From Candidatus Avoscillospira stercoripullorum (lineage in GTDB: Bacteria > Bacillota > Clostridia > Oscillospirales > Oscillospiraceae), in contig DVGD01000076.1 of assembly GCA_018712905.1 (NCBI GenBank), forward strand, positions 1 to 38,374: DNA of 38,374 nucleotides. The letters are read 5' to 3'. The position numbers and the translations under genes are program-made. The notes beneath the pieces were generated by a model that worked only from the letters and a program-made list of their open reading frames with translations, ran no database searches and was not told the DNA's origin. Positions 8,215-16,594 of the stretch are shown here, piece after piece. Within the stretch, counting starts at the first letter, position 1. Every line of letters begins with the position of its first letter.

Positions 8215-9090
8215 ATGGACGAGCAGATGAACATACAGTGGTACCCCGGCCACATGACCAAGACCCGCCGGATGATGGAGGAGAGCCTCAAGCTGGTGGA
8301 CGGGGTCTGCGAAATTCTTGATGCGCGCATCCCGGCCTCCAGCCGCAATCCGGATTTGGATGAGATTGTGGGAGGAAAGCCGCGGTTGGTGGTGCTTAAC
8401 CGCATCGATCAGGCGGATCCTGCCATGGTGCGCCGCTGGGCGGCCTGGTTTAAAAGCCAGGGGATGGCGGTGCTGGAGACCGACTGCAAGAGCCGCAAGG
8501 GCGTCGGCGGATTTGTTCCCGCCATCCGCGCCATGCTGTCTGAGAAGCTCCAGCGCTATCAGGAAAAGGGGCAGGTGGGTCGACCGCTGAAGATCATGGT
8601 GGCGGGTATTCCCAATGTGGGGAAGTCCACCTTTATCAATCAGATTGCCGGGCGCAAGAGCGCCAAGGCGGAGAACCGCCCCGGTGTCACTCGGGGAAAG
8701 CAGTGGATCACCGTGGATCAGGGGCTTCTTCTTTTGGATACGCCGGGAATCCTCTGGCCGAAATTTGAAGACCGGGAAGTGGGCATGCGCCTTGCTTACA
8801 CCGGCGCGGTGAAGGACGACATCATGGATCTGGAGACCCTTTCCTCCGGCCTTCTGGCGCTGCTCTGGCGGCAATACCCCGAAGCGGTGGCCAGCCGGTA
8901 CAAAATCGAGGCTGAGCCCGATGCCCAGGGCTACGCGCTTTTGGAAGCCGTGGGGCGAAAGCGCGGCTTCCTGATCTCCGGCGGTGAGGTGGATACCGAG
9001 CGCGCTGCGAGGATGGTGCTGGAGGAATACCGCAGCGGCAAGCTGGGACGTTTTACCCTGGATCTGCCGCCCCAGGAGGAGAAAGTATGA
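8215..9090 (+). CDS. rbgA: Ribosome biogenesis GTPase A (YlqF/RbgA)
   Basis: ATG at 8215 lies just after the lepB stop. It has QWYPGHM, a circularly permuted GTPase layout (NRID before GIPNVGKST), and encodes 291 aa. Confidence 0.92.
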   Translation: MDEQMNIQWYPGHMTKTRRMMEESLKLVDGVCEILDARIPASSRNPDLDEIVGGKPRLVVLNRIDQADPAMVRRWAAWFKSQGMAVLETDCKSRKGVGGFVPAIRAMLSEKLQRYQEKGQVGRPLKIMVAGIPNVGKSTFINQIAGRKSAKAENRPGVTRGKQWITVDQGLLLLDTPGILWPKFEDREVGMRLAYTGAVKDDIMDLETLSSGLLALLWRQYPEAVASRYKIEAEPDAQGYALLEAVGRKRGFLISGGEVDTERAARMVLEEYRSGKLGRFTLDLPPQEEKV

Positions 9091-9695
9091 TTGATTTTTG
9101 GGAACTGGAGCATCAGTGCTATGAGGGCGGCTTTGACCTGGTGTGCGGCATAGACGAGGCGGGAAGAGGCCCCTTGGCTGGACCCGTGTGCGCGGCGGCG
9201 GTAATTTTGCCCCGAGACTTGCAGATTGAAGGGCTCAACGATTCGAAAAAGCTCTCCGACCAGAAGCGGCGGGCGCTCTTCGATGTGATTACCAAGGAGG
9301 CCTATGCCTACGGCATTGCCTTCGCCTCCGAGCAGGAGATTGATTCTGTAAATATTCTAAACGCCACCTTCCTTGCCATGGAGCGGGCGGTGGCGGCGCT
9401 GGGCATGGCGCCGGACATTGCCTTGGTGGATGGAAACCGCAGGCCGCCTCTTGGAATGCCGGTGAAGACGGTGGTGGGCGGCGATGGCCTCAGCGCCAAT
9501 ATCGCGGCGGCCTCCATCTTGGCCAAGGTGACCCGGGATCGCCGCATGGAAGAGCTGGACGCCGAATATCCCCAGTACGGCTTCGCGGTACATAAGGGCT
9601 ACGGCACCAAGCGCCACTATGCAGCGCTGCGGGAATTCGGCGCATGCCCCATCCACCGCACTACATTTTTGAAGAAGTTCTATGGGGAGAAATAA
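9087..9695 (+). CDS. rnhB: Ribonuclease HII
   Basis: GIDEAGRGPLAGPV and DSKKLS motifs, with an ATGA start/stop overlap with rbgA. Confidence 0.93.
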   Translation: MIDFWELEHQCYEGGFDLVCGIDEAGRGPLAGPVCAAAVILPRDLQIEGLNDSKKLSDQKRRALFDVITKEAYAYGIAFASEQEIDSVNILNATFLAMERAVAALGMAPDIALVDGNRRPPLGMPVKTVVGGDGLSANIAAASILAKVTRDRRMEELDAEYPQYGFAVHKGYGTKRHYAALREFGACPIHRTTFLKKFYGEK

Positions 9696-10047
9696 TCTCG
9701 CCGGTGCCTGGGGCGAGGGAGTTGCGGCGGAGTATCTCCGCAAGAAGCGCTTCACCATTCTGGCCTGCAATTACCGCTGCCGGTTCGGGGAAATCGACAT
9801 CATTGCCGGGAACAGAAAGTACCTCGTCTTCGTCGAGGTAAAGCTGCGGCGCTCGGATCGGTTTGCCGCTGCCCGGGAGTTTGTGGGCTTAGAGAAGCAG
9901 AGGCGCCTTCGTACCACGGCCATGCTGTGGCTTCAGGAGAATCCCGATGGGCGGCAGCCCCGCTTTGACGTCATTGAAATCTATGCGCCGGAGGGAGTGG
10001 ACACGGCGCACCCGGAAATTTATCACTGGGAGGACGCCTTTCAATGA
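9682..10047 (+). CDS. YraN family (UPF0102) endonuclease-like protein
   Basis: 121-aa ORF with GEGVAAEYLRKKRFTILACNYRCRFGEIDIIA...VFVEVK, typical of UPF0102. It sits at the conserved position after rnhB. Confidence 0.85.
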   Translation: MGRNNLAGAWGEGVAAEYLRKKRFTILACNYRCRFGEIDIIAGNRKYLVFVEVKLRRSDRFAAAREFVGLEKQRRLRTTAMLWLQENPDGRQPRFDVIEIYAPEGVDTAHPEIYHWEDAFQ

Positions 10048-10982
10048 AGTATGCCGTGTTTGACGCCCACTGCGATACGGCGCTGGAGCTCTGGAGCAGG
10101 GGAGAGACCTTCGAGACCTGCACCACGGCGGTGGATCTCTTGGCAGCGGATTATCCGGCGTACGGACAGTTCTTTGCCATCTGTCCGCTGTCTCTGGGGC
10201 GGGGGAGCGAGGCCTGCGGGGAGATTCTTTCCAACGTCTATGGGCACTTTTTGAAATTGCTCCGGCAGCCGGGCAGCCCAGCCGCGCTCATCCGCGACCA
10301 CGATGCCTTTGCACGAACGTGGGAGGCAGGGAAGTGCGCCGCGTTCCTCTCCCTGGAGGGCGCCGAGGGAATTGGCTGCGATCCCGGACGGCTGGAAGAC
10401 CTGCACGCCATGGGCGTGCGGATGGTCAATCTCACGTGGAATGAGAATAATGCCCTGGCCGGCTGCGCCGTCAAGGACGGCGGGGGATTGACCGCCCAGG
10501 GACGGGAATTTGTCTGCCAGGCACAGCGCCTGGGGATCCTCCTCGACGTGAGCCATCTCTCGGAGCGCGCCTTTTGGGATCTCATGGATCTTGCCGAGGA
10601 GCCGGTGGTGGCCAGCCATTCCAATTCTGCCGCCCTGTGCCCACACCGGCGCAATCTCACCGATGCGCAGTTTCGCGCCATCTGTGAAACCGGCGGATTT
10701 GTGGGAATCAACTTTTATACGCCGTTTCTTGCGCCAAGCGGGAAGGCGGATCTCGATACCGTGCGCTGTCATATGGATCACTTCCTCTCTCTGGGTGGCT
10801 TTGGCCATGTGGCACTGGGCGGTGATCTGGACGGCTGCGACGCGCTGCCGGTTGGGCTTTCCGGCCTTGCCGGTTATGCCGCCCTGGCAGACCACTTGGA
10901 GCAGGCGGGTTTTTCAGAAACGTACATTCAGGAAATCTATTCCAATACAATAAAAAGGGTTGTGAAGTCATGTATTATGTGA
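10044..10982 (+). CDS. Membrane dipeptidase family (peptidase M19) protein
   Basis: The N-terminus has the FDAHCDT metal-ligand motif, followed by NLTWNENN, the HLSERAFWD region and ASHSN. The product is 312 aa. Confidence 0.85.
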   Translation: MKYAVFDAHCDTALELWSRGETFETCTTAVDLLAADYPAYGQFFAICPLSLGRGSEACGEILSNVYGHFLKLLRQPGSPAALIRDHDAFARTWEAGKCAAFLSLEGAEGIGCDPGRLEDLHAMGVRMVNLTWNENNALAGCAVKDGGGLTAQGREFVCQAQRLGILLDVSHLSERAFWDLMDLAEEPVVASHSNSAALCPHRRNLTDAQFRAICETGGFVGINFYTPFLAPSGKADLDTVRCHMDHFLSLGGFGHVALGGDLDGCDALPVGLSGLAGYAALADHLEQAGFSETYIQEIYSNTIKRVVKSCIM

Positions 10983-12448
10983 GCACCAGAGACCATACGC
11001 TGCGCTATACTGCCGCGCAGGCCATTGAGCAGGGCTTGAGCCGGGAGGGCGGACTGTTCCTGCCGGAGACGTTCCCCCAGCTGCCGGATCTCAAGACGCT
11101 GCTTCCCATGAACTATCAGCAGCGCGCCGCGGCCATTATGGGCTTATTCTTAGACGGTTTCTCTGGCGAAGAGCTGGAGACCTTTGCATCCAAGGCCTAT
11201 GGCGGCGGCAAGTTTGACTGCCCCGAGGTTGCCCCGGTGCGGGAGCTCCACTGCAAGACCCATATGCTGGAGCTCTGGCATGGCCCCACCTGTGCCTTCA
11301 AGGACATGGCGCTGCAAATGCTGCCCCATCTGCTGACCGCCTCCATGGCCAAGAACGGCGAGGAGAAGACGGTCTGCATCCTGGTGGCCACCTCCGGCGA
11401 CACCGGCAAGGCCGCCCTGGAGGGCTTCCGGGATGTGGCTGGCACGAAGATCATGGTCTTCTACCCCAAGGACGGCGTCTCGGACATCCAGCAGCTCCAG
11501 ATGGTCACCCAGGAGGGCGAAAATGTGGGCGTTTGCGCAGTGGTGGGCAACTTCGACGATGCCCAGACCGGCGTCAAGAAGATATTCTCCGATCCTGCAT
11601 TCCGGGATGTTCTGGCGGGACGGGGCTATGTGCTCTCCTCGGCCAATTCCATCAACTGGGGCCGCGTTCTGCCCCAGGTGGTCTACTACATCTCCGCCTA
11701 CTGCGACCTCGTCCAGGAAGGAAAGCTGAAGCTCGGCGATAAGTTCCATGTCTGCGTGCCCACAGGCAACTTCGGCAACATCCTGGCCGGCTACTACGCG
11801 AAGAAGATGGGACTTCCCATTGACAAGCTCATCTGCGCGTCCAATGCCAACAATGTCCTCACGGACTTCCTCCAGACCGGCGTATATGACCGCAACCGTC
11901 CGTTCTACAACACGGCCTCGCCGTCCATGGACATTCTCATTTCCTCCAATCTGGAGCGTCTGCTCTTTGACCTCACCGGCTCGGATGAGGAGGTACGCGG
12001 CTATATGGCGTCTCTGAATGCCACAGGACGCTATGAGGTTTCCCGGAAGGTGAAGGATGCCGTGCGGGCGCAGTTTGTCTCCGGCTTCTGCGATGACGCG
12101 CGAACCCTCAACACCATTGAGAAGGTGTTCCACAACACCGGCTATCTCATGGATACCCACACCGCCGTAGCCTACACGGTGCTCCAGGACTACCGGGCGA
12201 AGACGGCCGACGATACCACCGCGGTGGTGGTCTCCACGGCCAGCCCCTTCAAGTTCTGCGACAGTGTGCTCACCGCCCTGGGGGTTACAGAGCAGGCCAA
12301 GGGGACGGAGATCCTGAAGCAGCTGAGCGATGTGACCGGCAAGCCCGCACCCAAGCCCCTGGCGTCTCTGGCGGGGAAGGCTGTGCGGTTTACGAAGACC
12401 GTGGAAAAGCAGGAGATGCTGTCCGTGGTGGACGGCATGCTGCGCTGA
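10970..12448 (+). CDS. thrC: Threonine synthase (long form)
   Basis: 492-aa ORF with MYYVSTRD, the PLP-lysine motif PTCAFKDMALQ, and VATSGDTGKAA. Confidence 0.92.
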   Translation: MYYVSTRDHTLRYTAAQAIEQGLSREGGLFLPETFPQLPDLKTLLPMNYQQRAAAIMGLFLDGFSGEELETFASKAYGGGKFDCPEVAPVRELHCKTHMLELWHGPTCAFKDMALQMLPHLLTASMAKNGEEKTVCILVATSGDTGKAALEGFRDVAGTKIMVFYPKDGVSDIQQLQMVTQEGENVGVCAVVGNFDDAQTGVKKIFSDPAFRDVLAGRGYVLSSANSINWGRVLPQVVYYISAYCDLVQEGKLKLGDKFHVCVPTGNFGNILAGYYAKKMGLPIDKLICASNANNVLTDFLQTGVYDRNRPFYNTASPSMDILISSNLERLLFDLTGSDEEVRGYMASLNATGRYEVSRKVKDAVRAQFVSGFCDDARTLNTIEKVFHNTGYLMDTHTAVAYTVLQDYRAKTADDTTAVVVSTASPFKFCDSVLTALGVTEQAKGTEILKQLSDVTGKPAPKPLASLAGKAVRFTKTVEKQEMLSVVDGMLR

Positions 12449-13140
12449 TGGCGCTCTACGCCCTGGGAGACCTCCATCTAGCCCTGGGTGCTGCCGACAA
12501 GCCCATGGACGTCTTTGGCGGCAAGTGGACAGGCTATATGGAGAAGCTCCAAGAAAATCTCAGCATTCTGCGCCAGGAGGATACCCTGGTCATCGTGGGA
12601 GACTTCTGCTGGGCACTGGGACTTTCCGAGGCAGAGGCCGACTTCCGCTTTCTTTCTCAATTTCCCGGCAGGAAGCTCTTCGTCAAGGGCAACCACGACT
12701 ACTGGTGGAACACGGCGGCGAAGTTTGAGCGCTTTTGCCAGGAGGGCGGCTTTGCGGACATGCACCTGCTCCACAACAATTGCCATTTCTACGGCGATAT
12801 TGCCCTGTGCGGCACCCGGGGATGGTTTTTTGAGGAGGAGCAGGGCGGCAGTCACGATGAAAAGGTCTTCCGGCGGGAGCTGATCCGGCTGGAAACCTCG
12901 CTCAAGGCTGCCGGAGAGATGGAAAAATACTGTTTTCTCCACTATCCGCCCCGGTATCGCGGCTATGTCTGCGACGAAATCCTCGCGCTGCTCAAGCAGT
13001 ACCGCGTCAGCCTTTGCTGCTATGGCCATCTCCACGGCGACAGCCACAAGCTGGCCATGGAAGGGCTCTATGACGGTACGGATTTCCGCCTGGTGGCCGC
13101 TGATTTTGTGAATTTTCAGCCGGTCTGCCTGGTTCCGTAA
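12448..13140 (+). CDS. Metallophosphoesterase family protein
   Basis: Calcineurin-like phosphoesterase signature motifs are present: LGDLHL, VGDF, GNHDYWW and GHLHG. Confidence 0.85.
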   Translation: MALYALGDLHLALGAADKPMDVFGGKWTGYMEKLQENLSILRQEDTLVIVGDFCWALGLSEAEADFRFLSQFPGRKLFVKGNHDYWWNTAAKFERFCQEGGFADMHLLHNNCHFYGDIALCGTRGWFFEEEQGGSHDEKVFRRELIRLETSLKAAGEMEKYCFLHYPPRYRGYVCDEILALLKQYRVSLCCYGHLHGDSHKLAMEGLYDGTDFRLVAADFVNFQPVCLVP

Positions 13141-13273
13141 AAATTTTTCCGATTTCCCGGAAAAAAAGGTGGAAAAATTCATGAAGTTCTGTTAATATTA
13201 TAGTCTGCCATGATGTAATGGCAATTTTGTAAACATGGGCATTTGAGCCTACCACATAGGAGGAACGACACCA

Positions 13274-14590
13274 ATGAATGTGAAAAGCACCGAGAAGGCT
13301 GCCGGTAAGGCAACGATTGTTATTGAAGTGGAAAAGGCGGAGTTTGACGCCGCTTTGACCAAGGCCTATAACAAGGCGCGCAAGGACATTTTTGTCCCTG
13401 GCTTCCGCAAGGGCAAGGCGCCCCGGAAGGTCGTTGAGGGCAAGTACGGCGCCAAGGTGTTCTATGAAGATGCTGTCAACGAGATCTATCCCGATCTCTA
13501 TGAGAAGGCCATCGTGGAGCAGGCCATCAAGGCTGTGGGAACGGCCTACATCTCCAAGCTGGACGACGGCGAAGACGGCGGTGTCGTCCTCACCATGGAG
13601 ACCGACCTCTATCCCGAGGTTACCCTGGGCGACTACAAGGGCTTGGAAGTGCCCAAGGCGGACGTGAACGTCACCGACGAGGAAGTGGAAGCCGAGATCG
13701 ACCGCATGGCCGAGCGCAACAGCCGCATCGAGACCGTCGACCGTCCTGCTCAGGAGGGCGACACCGTGGTGCTGGACTTCGAGGGCTTCGACAATGGCGT
13801 GCCCTTTGAGGGCGGCAAGGGCGAGAAGTACAGCCTCAAGCTGGGTTCTCATCAGTTTGTCCCCGGCTTTGAAGAGGCGCTGGTGGGCGTTTCCGCCGGT
13901 GAGGAGAAGGACGTCAACGTCACCTTCCCCGAGAACTACACCCCCGAGCTGGCTGGTAAGCCCGTGGTCTTCAAGTGCAAGATCCACGAGGTGAAGGAGA
14001 CCATCCTCCCCGAGAAGGACGACGAGTTTGCCAAGGACGTCTCTGAGTTTGATACCCTGGACGCCCTCCGCGCCGATATCCGCACCAAGCGGGAGAACGA
14101 GCGCCGCGAGGCTGTGGAGCGTGCCTTTGAGAGCGCTGTGGTGGAGAAGGCCGCAGCCAATATGACCTGCGACATCCCTGCCTCCATGATCGAGGAGCAG
14201 CTGGATAAGCACCTGGAGCAGTTTGCCTATCAGCTTCAGATGAACGGCATGAAGCTAGACGACTATGCCAAGATGATGGGCGGCGATATGAGCTCCCTGC
14301 GCGCTTCCATGCGTCCCATGGCCGAGACCACGGTGCGCAACAACGTGCTGCTGGACGCTGTGGTGGCTGCTGAGAATATCACCGTTTCCGACGAAGAAGT
14401 CAACGACGAGATCAAGAAGCTGGCCGAGCAGTACTCCATGGAGGAGGACAAGGTGCGTGCCGCTGTGGGCGAGGAGAGCCTCAAGACCGACATGGCTGCC
14501 AAGAAGGCCATGAAGCTCCTGGTGGAGAGCGCTGTTGCCACCGAAATGCCCAAGGCAGAAGAGAAGGAAGCCTCCAAAGAAGAGGAATAA
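13274..14590 (+). CDS. tig: Trigger factor
   Basis: 438-aa ORF with an AGGAGG RBS, the GFRKGKAP ribosome-binding signature, a central FKBP-type PPIase region (GDTVVLDFEGF) and an acidic C-terminus. Confidence 0.96.
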   Translation: MNVKSTEKAAGKATIVIEVEKAEFDAALTKAYNKARKDIFVPGFRKGKAPRKVVEGKYGAKVFYEDAVNEIYPDLYEKAIVEQAIKAVGTAYISKLDDGEDGGVVLTMETDLYPEVTLGDYKGLEVPKADVNVTDEEVEAEIDRMAERNSRIETVDRPAQEGDTVVLDFEGFDNGVPFEGGKGEKYSLKLGSHQFVPGFEEALVGVSAGEEKDVNVTFPENYTPELAGKPVVFKCKIHEVKETILPEKDDEFAKDVSEFDTLDALRADIRTKRENERREAVERAFESAVVEKAAANMTCDIPASMIEEQLDKHLEQFAYQLQMNGMKLDDYAKMMGGDMSSLRASMRPMAETTVRNNVLLDAVVAAENITVSDEEVNDEIKKLAEQYSMEEDKVRAAVGEESLKTDMAAKKAMKLLVESAVATEMPKAEEKEASKEEE

Positions 14591-14645
14591 TTCTCCACTG
14601 CCCCGGTTAGAATCTCTCAGATAAAACCGGTGAAAGGAGTATCCC

Positions 14646-15227
14646 ATGAGTTTTATTCCCTATGTTGTGGAGCAGACCAGCCGCGGCGAGCGCAGCTATG
14701 ATATCTTTTCCCGTCTGCTCAATGACCGCATTATTCTCCTCTCCGAGGAGGTCAACGACGTGACAGCCAGCCTGGTGGTGGCGCAGATGCTCTACCTGGA
14801 GGGACAGGATCCCGACAAGGACATCCAGTTCTACATCAATTCTCCCGGCGGCTCCGTCACGGCCGGTATGGCGATCTATGATACCATGCAGTATGTGAAG
14901 TGCGACGTCTCCACCATCTGCATCGGCATGGCCGCGTCCATGGGCGCGTTCCTGCTCTCGGCCGGCGCCAAGGGCAAGCGCATGGCGCTGCCCAACGCCG
15001 AAATCATGATCCATCAGCCTCTGGGCGGCACCCAGGGTCAGACCACGGACATGAAGATCCACGTGGAGCGGATGCTGAAGATCAAGGATCGTCTCAACCA
15101 CATTCTGTCGCAGAATACCGGCAAGCCCCTGGACGTCATCGAGCGGGACACCGAGCGCGACAATTTCATGTCGGCGGAGGAAGCCTGCGCCTATGGCCTG
15201 ATCGACCAGGTCATCTACCGGCGCTAA
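14646..15227 (+). CDS. clpP: ATP-dependent Clp protease proteolytic subunit
   Basis: [11 protein letters not shown], the catalytic Ser in GMAASMGA, and His in MIHQPLGG. The product is 193 aa. Confidence 0.97.
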   Translation: MSFIPYVVEQTSRGERSYDIFSRLLNDRIILLSEEVNDVTASLVVAQMLYLEGQDPDKDIQFYINSPGGSVTAGMAIYDTMQYVKCDVSTICIGMAASMGAFLLSAGAKGKRMALPNAEIMIHQPLGGTQGQTTDMKIHVERMLKIKDRLNHILSQNTGKPLDVIERDTERDNFMSAEEACAYGLIDQVIYRR

Positions 15228-15256
15228 AAGCTCCGCCTTCGGAAAGGAAGTTCACC

Positions 15257-16522
15257 TTGGCTAGAGAGAGCGTCCGCTGCTCCTTCTGCGGCAAGCGGCA
15301 GGAGCAGGTCAACCGGATCATCGCAGGACCCAATGTCTATATCTGCAACGAGTGCGTGGAGCTGTGCGCCGGCATCCTCCGGGACGATATGAGCCCCAAC
15401 CAGGCGCCGAGCTTCGAGCTGCCGGACACCCTGCCCACGCCGCAGGAAATCAAGAACTATATGGATCACTACATCATCGGCCAGGACGACGCCAAGGTCG
15501 CCCTGTCGGTAGCGGTCTATAACCATTATAAGCGCATCTACTTTGAGAACAGCACCGATGTGGAGCTCCAGAAGAGCAATATCCTGCTCATTGGCCCCAC
15601 AGGCTCGGGCAAGACCCTCTTTGCCCAGACTCTGGCCAAGATCCTCAATGTGCCCTTTGCCATCGCAGACGCCACCACCCTCACCGAGGCAGGTTACGTG
15701 GGCGAGGACGTGGAGAATATTCTCCTGCGCCTTTTGCAGGCAGCCGACTTCGATGTGGAGCTGGCACAGCGTGGCATCATCTACATCGACGAGATGGACA
15801 AAATTGCCCGTAAGAGCGAGAATACCTCCATTACCCGGGATGTGTCCGGCGAGGGCGTGCAGCAGGCACTGCTGAAAATTCTGGAGGGCACTGTGGCCAA
15901 CGTGCCGCCCCAGGGTGGCCGGAAGCATCCCCAGCAGGAGTTTATCCAGATCGATACCACCAACATCCTCTTCATCTGCGGCGGCGCCTTTGATGGCCTG
16001 GACAAGATCATCGAAAGGCGCACCGACCGCTCTGCCATTGGCTTTGGCTCGGAGATCAAGAGCAAGGAAGATCACGATGTCGGCCAGCTCTTCCGGCTGG
16101 TGCAGCCCCACGATCTTCTCAAGTTCGGCATTATCCCCGAGCTGGTGGGACGGCTTCCTGTGATCACGTCTCTCCAGAGCCTCCAGAAGGAGGATCTCAT
16201 GCGGATCCTCACAGAGCCCAAGAACGCCCTGTGCAAGCAGTATCGCAAGCTCTTGGAGTATGACCAGGTGAAGCTCAGCTTTGAGGAGGGGGCTCTGGAA
16301 GCCATCGCGGAGAAGGCCATTGAGAGGAAGATTGGTGCTCGCGGTCTGCGTGCGATCATGGAGGAAATTATGACGGGTATCATGTTTGAGATCCCGTCGG
16401 ATCCCTCCATTCAGAGCGTTTTGATTACAGAAGGGTGTGTGCGTAACGGCGAGAAGCCCCAGGTTACGAGAGATAGCTCCAAGCCGCGCCAACCCATAAA
16501 AAACGCCGGAGTAACACTGTAA
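15257..16522 (+). CDS. clpX: ATP-dependent Clp protease ATP-binding subunit ClpX
   Basis: An in-frame TTG at 15257 follows GGAAAGGAAG; the track start at 14900 lies inside clpP. It has the zinc ribbon CSFCGK...CNEC, Walker A GPTGSGKT and IYIDEMDK, and encodes 421 aa. Confidence 0.95.
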   Translation: MARESVRCSFCGKRQEQVNRIIAGPNVYICNECVELCAGILRDDMSPNQAPSFELPDTLPTPQEIKNYMDHYIIGQDDAKVALSVAVYNHYKRIYFENSTDVELQKSNILLIGPTGSGKTLFAQTLAKILNVPFAIADATTLTEAGYVGEDVENILLRLLQAADFDVELAQRGIIYIDEMDKIARKSENTSITRDVSGEGVQQALLKILEGTVANVPPQGGRKHPQQEFIQIDTTNILFICGGAFDGLDKIIERRTDRSAIGFGSEIKSKEDHDVGQLFRLVQPHDLLKFGIIPELVGRLPVITSLQSLQKEDLMRILTEPKNALCKQYRKLLEYDQVKLSFEEGALEAIAEKAIERKIGARGLRAIMEEIMTGIMFEIPSDPSIQSVLITEGCVRNGEKPQVTRDSSKPRQPIKNAGVTL

Positions 16523-16528
16523 GTGTGC

Positions 16529-16560
16529 AGAGAGGGGGCTTTTGCCCTCTCTTTGTGTAT
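16529..16560 (+). terminator. Hairpin/attenuator between clpX and lon
   Basis: An 11-bp stem AGAGAGGGGGC / GCCCTCTCTTT (including G-U pairs) has a TTTT tetraloop and is followed by the T-rich TGTGTATATTT. Confidence 0.55.
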
Positions 16561-16594
16561 ATTTCCCCAATTCCCTGATAAGGAGGGAAGATTG

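Noticed and set aside
13144-13167. TTTTTCCG-atttcc-CGGAAAAA hairpin after the metallophosphoesterase gene, considered as a terminator
   Set aside because: The stem is AT-rich and weak, and the plus-strand 3' flank is an A-run rather than a T-run. I could not support it as a functional intrinsic terminator from sequence alone.
13007-14212. Long antisense ORFs opposite well-supported genes, e.g. 13007..14212 (-), 15224..16570 (-), 17411..18886 (-), 33963..35522 (-), 3246..4208 (-), 24671..25681 (-), 10041..10895 (-) and 28911..29783 (-)
   Set aside because: Each lies entirely antisense to a CDS with unambiguous family motifs (tig, clpX, lon, tlyA/nadK and others). Their products are low-complexity, G/A/L/R/H-rich and motif-free. 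These are shadow ORFs expected in a high-GC genome with biased third codon positions.
14591-14645. Possible CtsR/HrcA (CIRCE) heat-shock operators upstream of clpP, tig and lon
   Set aside because: I found no GGTCAAA direct repeats or TTAGCACTC-N9-GAGTGCTAA element in the tig, clpP, clpX or lon upstream regions. Only a weak CCGGTT...AACCGG hairpin is present.
14900-15256. N-terminal extensions suggested by the ORF track: clpX from 14900, ispH from 27717, rbgA from 8098, the PLP enzyme from 5639, lon from 16523, ytfJ from 22129, rluB from 23727, the oxidoreductase from 25389 and the small TM protein from 1357
   Set aside because: The extensions run through the preceding gene (or the tRNA) in another frame and encode R/P/A-rich sequence. 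Each skips an internal start that has a proper RBS and yields the canonical N-terminus and length for its family.
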